This document shows, piece by piece, positions 13,478 through 24,500 of a stretch of 64,000 nucleotides of DNA. The stretch spans positions 1-64,000 of the forward strand of contig LVLI01000072.1 in NCBI GenBank assembly GCA_001687465.1, read 5' to 3'. A program made the position numbers and the translations under genes. This stretch comes from Halocafeteria seosinensis. Lineage: Eukaryota. Each line of letters opens with the position of its first letter. Position 1 is the stretch's first letter. A model generated the notes under the pieces. It was not told the DNA's origin and did no database searches. It saw nothing but the letters and a program-made list of their open reading frames with translations.

Positions 13478-13795
13478 TCAATCGCTTTTGGTAACCCCCA
13501 TTCGCTTTCGTTTTTCAGCTTCATGTTTCTGCGTGGTCTTCATAGCCTGCTCGTACTGTTTGAATACATTGAGTACATCTTGCTGATGGAATTCCGGAGG
13601 TGCCGGTCTCTGACGTCCAAAGCAGCCCATGCACCATAAGACGACGATACCAAACACGGCGAGCAATAAGATAGAGAACTGATCCAATAAAACGACATCG
13701 CCTAGAGCTTGTTCTTCCTCGGTCCTTACGGGTTGAGGGTGAGGCTCACCTCCCTCTCCTCCTTCAGCAGCAGCTGCAGCCAAGAGAAGCATCAT
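13478..13795 (-). CDS. Small single-pass membrane protein, unknown function
   Basis: 105-aa ATG ORF with a clear TM segment (FSILLLAVFGIVVLWCMGCF) and charged tail. Confidence 0.6.
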   Translation of the reverse strand: MMLLLAAAAAEGGEGGEPHPQPVRTEEEQALGDVVLLDQFSILLLAVFGIVVLWCMGCFGRQRPAPPEFHQQDVLNVFKQYEQAMKTTQKHEAEKRKRMGVTKSD

Positions 13796-14249
13796 GATAT
13801 CAGTATCCTATGCACAGATACATAAACGCGCTATCCTTCGTCGTCGAGGACAGAATTGAGGCTACGATCATCAACAATCAATCCTGTGGAGCTAATAGGC
13901 CTGTCTCAGCCGTCTTTCGTCGAAGTACTTCAAATCGCGCCACCGATGGCCATGCCACCTAGGTACCAAGTACAGTAAATATTTGGACTATTGTCATGGA
14001 TAGATAGATGGGAGAATGATCGTTATTAGTACTGGTACTAGCTTCTTAGAGAATATATACGTAATGGGTGAATAAAACCCTAGTGGTCTTCCCGGCGCCC
14101 CTTTCAAAATCCAGGAAGTATACATAGACACCGCCAGACGGACGAGCTAGGGACGTGTGGATCAGCGGTCACTAAGAGTGCTTTAGCTCCAGACACGTAG
14201 TGTCTGCCTCGCGCATGTGGACGCCTATTGGACGAACAGAACGGAGAAG

Positions 14250-15395
14250 ATGGTGCAGGTCACTTCAGGTACCAACACGCTGCGTACGTACCAGAGCAGT
14301 TCCCAAGGTGCTCGCTTCAGGGGCTTGGATGTTCGTTTTCGTTGTTAGTGCAGCATCTGCAGGGCAATGGTGGCATGTTCCTGTGATTAACTTGCTGGCT
14401 GGAACCCTCGGGGGATTTGCAGGTAACTAGATAACAACTTGGCGGCGCCAAAGTGTCGCATTCTTACGTCGGGTGCTAACATTACAGGTATTATAATTGA
14501 ACACCCGTTCGATACTATAAAAGTTCGCCTCCAGACTTCTCCGAATCCGGTAAGCCTAGTGAAGTTGACGCGGACCTTAATAAAAGCCGAGGGATTCAAA
14601 GCGCTCTACCGAGGACTTACTCCTCCACTGGTTGCCAATGTATTGGAGACAGCGGGGCTTTTCTCCGTTAATGGTATGATCAAGGATGCAATCAGTGACT
14701 CCTTAAATTATGAACGAGGGAGACAGCTTCCCATGAGCGCTGAGTTGTGTTCGGGCGGAATCACTGGGTTTTTTGTTTCATTCATCCTAACCCCCGCGGA
14801 GCTGATAAAATGTAGACTGCAAATTCAAAACCAAGTGTTGGGAGGCGGAAATCCCCTTTATAAAGGTCCTATCGACTGTTTAATAAAATCGGTTGAACGC
14901 GATGGCGTAAGCATCATATTTCGCGGCCATACTGCTACAATGCTGAGGGAGATCCCGGGAACAGCGGCCTGGTTTGGGTCTTATGAAGCCTGTCTTCGTG
15001 TACGTTGGTTTAAATGCTATGCTTTTCTCAGTGAATTGTGACCTTGGATATTCGTCTACTTGTTGCAGCTGTTGACAGGGGCCGAAGGAGACAGGAGCTG
15101 CGTTCCAGCATGGAAAACCATTGCAGCCGGTGCGATGGGCGGTGTTTGCTACTGGGGCATGCTTTTCCCTGCTGATACTGCAAAATCAATGATCCAAACC
15201 CAGGAGGAGCGAATGTCAATTGCGGCAGCTGTTAAAAACTTGTATAACAAAGGAGGTATAAAATATTTCTACCGTGGTCTGACTCCAACATTACTTCGTG
15301 CCGCTCCTGCGAATGCTGCCGTCTTCGGATGCTATGAAATCACCTCCACTATGCTTGGTACCCTCATCGCCAATAGAGCTGCTCTTGCATCGTAG
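14250..15395 (+). CDS. SLC25 mitochondrial carrier (ornithine/carnitine carrier-like)
   Basis: Three PX[DE]XX[KR] signatures: PFDTIKVRLQ, PAELIKCRLQ, PADTAKSMIQ; three introns. Confidence 0.92.
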
Positions 15396-15554
15396 AATTT
15401 TGCGATGTCATCAAACTATTAGAGAGACCAGCGCGTCAAGTAGTGCTCGTGTTGTCGGAGCAGAGTTCAGCATGTGGCTTGAAATTGGAATCCCTAAGTA
15501 TGACAGGTGTTACCTGCAAATGTTGCAGTAGGAGTTCTGTTTCCGATCGGTCAA

Positions 15555-16557
15555 TCATAGTCGTGCTGTGCAAGAAATGCTTACCGTTTTAGATGATTGG
15601 GTCCAGTCGGACTCGACTACGTACCCGATGTGACGAAGAGCTTCGCTGATGGCACGGTAGTATGCTCTTCGTCGAATGGATGGTCCGCCAAGCGGCCGTT
15701 CTTTGGCTGTTTCGTCGAATTCTGATGCTTTTGCAAGGCCTATTCCGCGAACAACTACATCGTAGGCGGGAAACGTCACAGCGGCAAGTACTTGCATGAT
15801 TGGCTCTCCCGATGAAGACGTCTCCTCCAGGAGGTTACAAAGCTCCAGCCTGTTGGATTCTCTTTCAAAAGGAAATATTAAATCGTCAGTGCCGTCATAG
15901 ACTCCAGGTGTCCTAAATTTGTCTGGTTGCTTGTCTCGAAATAAACCATCTGGAACGACATTCGCTCGAGGGTAGTGCGCATACTCCAAGGATGCGTGCC
16001 ATTGATTATATCCGAGTAAATAGTTTGTCATTCGCGACAGATGTGCCAGTGGCATGATCTCTTCTGGAGCGTTTATTTCAATCAATGAAAATGGGCGTAT
16101 CCTGTCAGTTCTAAGCTGTTTGTTAGTCGTCTTTGCACTAAATCCATTCTGTTTCACGCAGTATCGCGTTCTCAGTTCAGAGTCCTTGACCAAGAGTCCT
16201 TCCAAGTATCGCCTCGCAGTCCTTGCATCAGCTCTTGTGAAAAACGAAATGACCGCCTGTAGTCCTTCTGCAAAGGGAGTGTAAAGATCAGCGATTAAGT
16301 ATCGCGCGCCTAGGGCGTTTGAATTCCATCTTAACGCAGAGCTTACTTGTGTCTTCCTGCTGCGGGTACACACAATTTGTGGCGATGCATGGCGAATCTA
16401 ATATTTTCAACGACTTGTGGGGAATGTTGAGGGGCTCTATGATGGCTGCCAGACCTGATTCTTGCATAGTTTCTGGTAAATTGGAGACGAAAATGGTCCA
16501 TTTCCCGGATGGCTCAGCGTATGTGCTGATTTCAATGAGCCCTTCCTCCCCTTCCAT
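15555..16557 (-). CDS. RRM plus Rad52-like motif protein (RDM1-like)
   Basis: N-terminal RRM-like (TIFVSNLP...AVISFFTRADARTAR) joined across one intron; MTNYLLGYNQWHASL resembles Rad52-family ANxxFGFNGWS; C-terminal GIGLA...RRRAYYRAISEAL. Confidence 0.6.
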
Positions 16558-18439
16558 GGCGCACTATATAGAAATCAGCGCATGTATGAGTGAAGGAAAT
16601 AGTCAAATCGTATTTTTTCAACTCCTGTCTTTAACAAGCAAAATATGGCTATTGTAGCATGCAGGCTGCAGGGAGGTAGAGGACCGTGTGCGCATTGCTC
16701 GCAAACAGAAAGCCTAGTGACTTACCGGTAGGTGTGACCGTTTTGGATGATCAAGTAATCGAAGTATTTCTTTAAAGTACAACACAGAATTCATTCTTCA
16801 ACCCTGTAAGCCTATCGTATTCTTGAGCTTAACCTTTCTCGCATTATAGAGTCGTATATCTTCTCGTCGAAGTTCTCGATTCCTCAGACGAAGGCAGTGG
16901 TGCAGGCTACGCAGCGTACGCTAGTAGCGTAACGCTACGCTGCGTAAGGGGTAAACCCCAGTAGCGATACCGCTTGCCAAATTTTATGAGTAGTTACTGT
17001 TGTTTAAAATAGCATTGGGTTCTTGATGAATTCCAGAAGGCTTCTGACCGTGCTACGGTGGGTGTTCAGTGTTCTCAACAAGCCCAACGAACACGAGACG
17101 GGGTGTCTTCCGCTCCTTATCGTAGCTGGTACAGCTAACAGCAAGCCTAACGAGTGGTAGCGAATCCTATTGACTGTAGTCTTCATGTTTTTGTGCAAGT
17201 AGCCGATAAGTGGGAGTGGATATCGAGGAGTAGTCGACAGTGATACGACTCGACAAAACCAACGGCGACACAGGATCCACGTGCCACGTGGCACATGCCA
17301 AGTTTCTCAGCATTCTCGTTGGGATAGCATTGACTCCGTCAACCCAAGCACTAGAGTGTGTATTAGTACTGTTCCTAGCGGAAGAATTCTAGTAGGCATG
17401 CTAGTAGATGATGCCACGCCAGGCCCTGTGTGGGCCCCACTGTGGGGTGAACGGTTCACCGTGAACTCTACCCGCAGTCGCTTCCAGCACTCGTCGTAGT
17501 ACTGAACTATCACAGAACGCAGATAACAAGTGGTGTAGAAATGAATACCATATAAGGCCACCGGCAGCCGTCAATTCCCACCCTTTGAAAAAACAACAAA
17601 ATGGTACATAAACGCTCGCCGGAGGAAAACTGGCCACTGGCGCAGACACTGAACAACTTAGGAGAACGAATACCTTTACATCTCGACCACAGGCGGAGAG
17701 AAAGCCACGCATAGTGGAAAGTGGAAGGGAGCGAGGGGAGGAGATGGGTTTCATCGCGGGAGACGAACAACTGAGACGATAAAACATTACATGATGATTA
17801 CATTGTATCGCCATGCATCGCCCTCCATGACATGAGTTGCTTAATGTAACATGAAGTAGAGTTAGGAACACGGAGGCTTTAGAAGCTCAGAGAGCTATTG
17901 ACGGTGCTAGCTCCTGTCCTGGAATACATGCGAGAGTCGAACATGGTGACCACATCACACGGCGGAATACAATGACGGCGGACCGGGCGGCCCGGCCGGC
18001 TGCCAGGCTGCCAGCTGTTGGACGTACACTCCGCAACCAGCATGCTGTCCTCGTAAGCACTTCTGTTGTGTCTATTCTTTCGGCTTGTCTTTGCCAACGA
18101 CTACTGAGAATAGAAATGATGAAATCGGAGCGCATACTCAACGTGAATTGAAGTGTGGTTTCAGTCTGTGGAATAGAGTGCGCTAAATACATGTACGGTG
18201 ATCCTGGGGATTCCAGTGTCTCGCAGCGGTTGAACCAGCTGTTTGCGAGCTTTGTATACCACTCTGAGAGGGATCTTGACCTGTTTCCGGCTTGCAATAA
18301 AGAGAAAAGCATCTTCACGAGAGAGTGAAGCTGAAAATCCTGTCCAGTGTTACCTCATACACGGGCGAGAAAAGGTGTCAATCTATTCCTAAGCTTCCCC
18401 AGCGAAATCCCAGCGATCCACCCTGTTCCATCATTCCAA

Positions 18440-21400
18440 ATGCGTCGGGTGAGCATCCTGTCTCACCACAGTAGGTGCCCTGCCAACGGTAAGTGGTCCT
18501 TGCGAAGCACCGTGTAATCTTCAATCTTTGATGATAGACGTCTCGGCTGTTGGCAGACCAACTGGTTGGATTCCGCAAGAGAAGTATAACAGTAAAAGCA
18601 AAAGTTACATTCGCAGTCTCCGTCTCATTGATGCTACTTTCATCGAAATGGGCAATGGGCACCAGAATTCGTGGAGGAACTTCATCCCCTGTTGAAGAAC
18701 CCACTGACACTGATAATGCGAACGACTCCAAGCTACGGTTGTTGGGTGTGTTCTCTAACTCGACGACGTGTGGCCCGGGGCAATTCCTGAATGGGACAGC
18801 CACAGAATGTCAGACATGCCCGAAAGGGCAGTATCAACCAGAGCGTGACTACTCGGGACACGACTGTGAGACTTGTTCAAAGCGGAATACTGAAAAATGC
18901 GTATTTACTGAGGACTGTCCGGCCGGTGGGGCTCAGACAGAAGATGAGGCGTGCAGTGATTGTCCTGCTGGCTATGAAAACTTCAATCCGTCTTCCGAAG
19001 GATGCAAAATATGTCCGAAAGGCTATCGTGCCTTTGAGGGGGAGGCATGCAAAGAATGTTTAGTCGGGTACTACGGAGAAAAGTCTGGACAAGAACGATG
19101 TACTGACTGTGGCGGTAAGTCCACGCTGTTCGGTGTGTCCGTGTGCTCATGGGTTGCGAATACTAAGTGATGGGTGCAGTTAATAATGTTACCCCCAATG
19201 AGGGAGAGACGAGCGAGGACGCATGTACACTTTGCCCTGTTGGCACCTACTGGAAAAGATCGGAGCAAGGCTCTGGTCATCTGTGTTTCGATTGTCCCAA
19301 AGGGAAGTTCAACGACCATTCTGTCGACGGAGAACCAAATACGTGTTCAGACTGTCCGAGAGGTGGGTAGTAGATGGGGTCTATTGCGACTGTAGCGGGT
19401 TCATCCGCCGTACTGTTACTTATTTGTACAGGATACTTCCAGAGCGCTGAGGGGGCCACACATTGTGATGCCTGCCCCCCTGGTGCGATCCATAATGATA
19501 CAACAGGTGCACCTTCGGAAAAAATTGCATGTGGTGATACTTGTGGCCCAGGGTTTAAAGTACTTACAGTGAATAGTTCAGATCCGAGTTGTACTGCCTG
19601 TCCTGAAGGGCAGTATCAGCCATTTCCCAAGTCCTACCAGTGCTATGATTGTCCACCAGGCCAGGAGGGGATATTTCCTGGTAGTGGGTATCTCAGCAAC
19701 TGTACAGCATGTGCTGTTGGACAGTATGCCCCAATGAGTGGGCTTTCTTCTTGCCTCCTTTGTCCACAAGGGTACTCAACCGAAAACGTCACGCAGATGC
19801 ATCCCTTCGAACCTGTGTCAAGCCCGTCTCCGCTTCCATACACGAAACGATTCCTCTTTAATGAAGAAATTGAAATAAGAGGATTCAAAGAGTGCAAGCC
19901 TTGCCCGGTAGGTCAGTTTGCGGAAACGCAAGGTTTGGGATTCTGTACGGTATGTCCTCGAGGAAATACCACGCTAAGTACGGGAGCAGCGTCTTTGGGA
20001 GACTGCATTGCATGCCCCCGAGGAACATTTGGAAACGATGACGGAAAATGCGTAAGTGGAACAGGTATTCTATGTGACTTCGTTTCAGATGTATCAAAAG
20101 CATCTAGGAATTGCAGGTAGACTGTAGACTGGGCCGATTTAGCGCCTCTTTGGGTGCGACGTTGTCATGCAAGGCCTGTCAGGCAGGGCAGTTCCAGAAC
20201 ACAACGGGTCAGAGTTCGTGTTTCGGGTGCGGAGAGGGGTATATCCCTAATCCGCTTGATCTTGGAGAGGCAACTTCTTTCGCGGAGGCATGCATTAGAG
20301 CTTCACCTTCTTCGACTCCAACCCCCAGTAGGACGGTCACGAGTACTCCATCCCATACCCCTTCGCGAACTTCAACTGAGTCGCCATCCTCCTCAATTAG
20401 TCCCTCGGTGACGGCTTCCCGCACCGCTAGTATTTCCTCCACACCAACTGTGACTTCAACGTCTACCAAGACGCCATCTGACACTCCGACGTCTTCAGTG
20501 ACAGCAACAAGGACACCGTCGAATACACCAACTTCTTCAAGGACCCGAACAGCTACACCCACTAGCTCAGTTACTCCCTCCAGGACCGCCTCCCAGACAG
20601 CGTCTAACTCTGCCACGTCTACACCTAGTTTGACATCCTCACAGACACCCTCTTCTACCCTCACGCCTTCCTCAACGGGATCATCTACTGCTTCACAAAC
20701 AGGCACGCCATCGAAAACGTCCACCCCGTCAGTTACTGCTTCGAGGACGCAATCTGGCACCCCGTCCGAGACAGCCAGTGTCTCATCGACTCCATCGAAG
20801 ACCCCTTCAAACAGTGGTACTCCTTCGTGGACATCAAGTGTTACCGCAACTGCTTCTGCGTCTTCTAGTGCTAGCAGTTCATCAGTTCAACGGGGTGGTG
20901 GTCCGGCAAAGGCAGAGGATGAGGGGCCAGGTGGGGTGGTTTTGATCGGTGTTCCCATCATTGCAGCAATCGCATTGCTTCTTTGTCTCATCATCGCTGC
21001 GTTCTTAGTCCGACGCCGCCGAAAACAGAAGGAGGCAGCAAATTCCCGATCCACGATCAAGTCTGCTAAAGTAGAAGCCGTGAATCCAGTGGCAGGTATG
21101 GACACTTCGGGTAACGACGAGGAGAAAGTAGGTGAATCTCAGAAATCTGGATTTAATGCGTTCTTTGGTAGCAAGGGGAAATCGAAACAGAAATTTGACC
21201 CCGAGCAGCGCGGCAATATGCCCGAGGGCGACTCAGACAGTCAACACATAAAGGCGAATTTGCAGGGCAGCAAGAAGACCTTTGCTCCCGTGAGTAGCCG
21301 CATTCTTCAGACGGATCACGAAGACGAGGAGGAAGATACAAGTAGTGGTGCAGCGCTTGGTACCGGTAGTACTGTTCGAAGAGAGAGCAGCGTCCAGTTT

Positions 21401-21529
21401 GAGATTGAGAACAAAATGGGGACACATCGCCTCGCCAGGAACCAGAACCAACAAGAAGGAGGCGACAATGATGACAGAGAGCGCTCCAACTCTAGAGCGG
21501 GCCGTATAAGGAAATTAATGGGCTTTTAG
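18440..21529 (+). CDS. Cys-rich (GCC2/GCC3, ephrin-receptor-like repeat) type I membrane protein with Ser/Thr/Pro mucin stalk
   Basis: Many CxxCPxGxY/F repeats, TPS-rich stalk, TM IIAAIALLLCLIIAAFLV followed by RRRRK; multi-exon. Confidence 0.85.
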
Positions 21530-21749
21530 ACTAGCAGAGTCCCGTCCTATACGACGGAGCATACTGCTCTTTATCAACACTTCACTGTTTTGCATGTATT
21601 TTGTGAAGGTGATGTTGTGAACATGGCCACATAATAGACAGTGAGCTCTGAGAGTAATTGTACGATGATATGGTGCTATAGTTGGCTTATTCTCAAAGCT
21701 TGTCAAGCAGCAGTTAGAGTATCGTCAGCCTTAGATTAAGAGTTCTTTA

Positions 21750-22377
21750 ATGAGCTCTGCCTCTGCGATGAGTACGCGAGCATTGTTTGGAGGGGCTATC
21801 GAGGTCCATCTTCCACCACAATTCATTGACTGCAGGTAAGCAAGCACTGTCGACAGTGTTGACGTATATCCTTAGAATAGGATTCGCTTTGGTTTGTTGT
21901 TGGTGCAGTGATCTACGACCGATCCCGGATCATCAGGAAGTGTTCGCACATCGCGATACGGATCAGAGTGTCATTATTGAAATTGTCGAGCAAGCTGAGA
22001 GTGTTGCAGATGACCAGGCTCCAGAATACTTTTTCTCGGATCTTGCGCAGTGCAATGGGGTGGACAATGGGGAGTACTCGCTGGATCATTCAGCTCCCGT
22101 GGAATCCTCACAGCTAGCTCATCTCCCAGTTGAGAGCTGTCGGGGTTTGACACTCAAGGGAACGCAGCAGATACCCTGCGGCCAACAAAATACTATGAAG
22201 AAAACGATACAAATCAATATGGCCATTCTTCGACTGCCGGATGTAACTTCAGAGATATTAGTCACTGTTCAACACCCTGCGGGCGCAGAGGGTCTCGGTT
22301 CCAACCTCAGTTCAGAGGGCTTGCTATGGAAAATACTTGCTTCATTCAATATAAGGGATTGGAGCCTTTTTGGATAA
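21750..22377 (+). CDS. MOG1: Mog1/RANGRF Ran guanine nucleotide release factor
   Basis: LFGGAI..LP..F.DCS|DLRPIPDHQEVF and C-terminal SFNIRDWSLFG; one intron. Confidence 0.9.
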
Positions 22378-22995
22378 AATCTACGCTATCGGGTAGCCTG
22401 AATATCGAAGGGCGCTTTAATGGCGTTTGGATTGAGTTGTCCTTCTCACCAGGAGAGTCAGGCTCGCTTCCTGTCGCTGCAAATCTCAATGAGCAAAAAG
22501 AGTAAAATAAGGTTGGTATAGAGTCGCCATTCAAAGCAGATGACGGATTTGGACTTCGCGCATTCGCTATGGCGCCTGCATATGTTTCTGATATTGGTTT
22601 ACCTCTTCACGAATATGAACTTGACGTAAGAGGGTGCTCTGAGGATGACGAACAAACTGAGACGCTTCGTATTGTTGTGGGTGAAATCAGAACAACAGCG
22701 CAAGCTTTTGACGATGCAACAAACCAATTGCGTAAACGCTTTCGCGTTCTATCAATGGCTACTCTGTATTCTGAACAATCAGGAGAAGAACTTGAAAAGG
22801 ATAGAATGCATTGGACGGATATTCCCCACTCATATCCGTTGTGATGAATTGACACCCTATAGTAATACCGTGGAGCTGGAGTGTGAACGTAATTACGAAG
22901 GAAATCCTGTTACGGAATCGGTCAAGATATATCCCGACCCGATTCAAATGTGACCGCATTTTATGTTTTAATTTAACTGAATGATGAATCGTACA

Positions 22996-23289
22996 TCAAT
23001 CGTCTTCTTCAAATTCTCGGTGTACCCAACGCCCAAACTCTCGGGCTTCGAACGCGATTTGTTGCAAGTCTTTTCGATGCTTTTGCGACATTTCGACATA
23101 GGCTTTCCACACTGGTTCAAGTCCCTCTTTCACAGCTGTCTCTACAACCCCTCGAAGTTTTTCAATATCCTCTTCGGTAATATCGTCTTCTTCCATTTGA
23201 ACATTCTTCAGAGATCCAAAGTCGTTTTCCTTCGCCGGCTGGATCCCGCTACGTTGAGCATCATTACGTGAGTACGTAGACATTTTCAA
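22996..23289 (-). CDS. Acidic helical ORF fragment, unknown (possibly part of a decayed gene)
   Basis: Protein-like composition, no ATG at ORF start, upstream frame at 23.5-23.6 kb contains stops. Confidence 0.25.
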   Translation of the reverse strand: MKMSTYSRNDAQRSGIQPAKENDFGSLKNVQMEEDDITEEDIEKLRGVVETAVKEGLEPVWKAYVEMSQKHRKDLQQIAFEAREFGRWVHREFEEDD

Positions 23290-23720
23290 CGGTTAAATAG
23301 CCGTACGTCCCTAATTCACTGCATGAAGTATTAGATGATAAAATGACCGCCGGCGTCTGTGAAGCATACTGTACTCCTGGCTTTCATTTCCTAAATTTGA
23401 CGCAACTCAATCATTGGTATTCGAACTATATGACAAATGTACAGCATTCTGGATAAGATCTTTGTACACATATATACCTTTATCGACGCAACCACTGACT
23501 CTGCGATATGTAGTTGGTTAAATCTCCAGCGTTCCGGTAGCGTTAAGAGTGTTGATGAAGCGTGCTATGATGTTCCGTTATACTCGCAGTTGTTCAATAA
23601 TGTTTTCTTTTTCCTGGTTTCTTCCATGATGCAGTTACACGAGTGTGCATAATGAATGCAATGGCGACAGAATCAACTCAACAGATAGTGACGGCTCCAG
23701 GACCCGGACAAATTGACGTC

Positions 23721-23822
23721 ACAGCGGGCCCGTCGCTTCTTAACACGGGCGCATACCGCTCCTCGTTAAGAGGATGCAGTCAACTTCCCGGCCGGTGGGC
23801 TATCTGTCACATTTGTGTGTGT
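23721..23822 (+). mobile_element. Retroposon-like repeat, copy A (5'-truncated, (TG)n tail)
   Basis: Near-identical to 53928-54029 and 60350-60453; GTCAC at both junctions. Confidence 0.75.
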
Positions 23823-24500
23823 CACGTTCCGCCGGTTCCGGGGAATCCATGTCATTCGCTGGCTCTAGCGGGGACCAGTTGGCAATACCCAAGAAACTTT
23901 AATACACTTCTGAGCAGATTGACTTAAGATTTCTCTACTGCATGACAGGATTCGCATGGATGGGCTGTATGTCACCAGACCTTACAAAGTGCCAGCAGCG
24001 GCCTGCTGATGCCAGAACCTCGAAGATTCCGCATTCCAATGGGCCAGTGTGCCCCCGGCAAACGATTTGGTAGGTGAAGTGAAGCTGCTCTTCTGCACAC
24101 TAACTACGCACAAGGTGGGTGTCTCGTTGTATTGTCTGTATATGGTGTGCATCAATTAGGTTGGGACTAAGACGTGGTTTCCCGTTGTAAAGTGAGGCCG
24201 CTTGAAGCAGCATTTTCCACTTGATCCCTTCAACCAGTAAGCCTTTTTTGGCCTCCTCCACCTTCGAGCGACTTTTCAGCTCTCCGTGGTTGCTCTGTGT
24301 AAGATACTACGATACGGTCTTGCTCTATGGGTCTCTGGTTTGCATTGGAGATCACAACGGGTTGGAGCAACGAGGTATTTGCTACCTAGATAGCAAAGCA
24401 AAGGAGGCCATCAGCAGCCAGTGAGTGATACTGTATAGGGCATTGTCTGATGCTGTTTTTGGCCGAATACATACGATTTGGATCGTTTGCAGATACAGAT

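Noticed and set aside
22569..22953. Two overlapping short plus-strand ORFs
   Set aside because: No motif or splice solution found; could be a small gene or pseudogene but unsupported
23820..23947. Solo LTR (TGTCA...TGACA)
   Set aside because: No target-site duplication, PBS/PPT or second copy in the window
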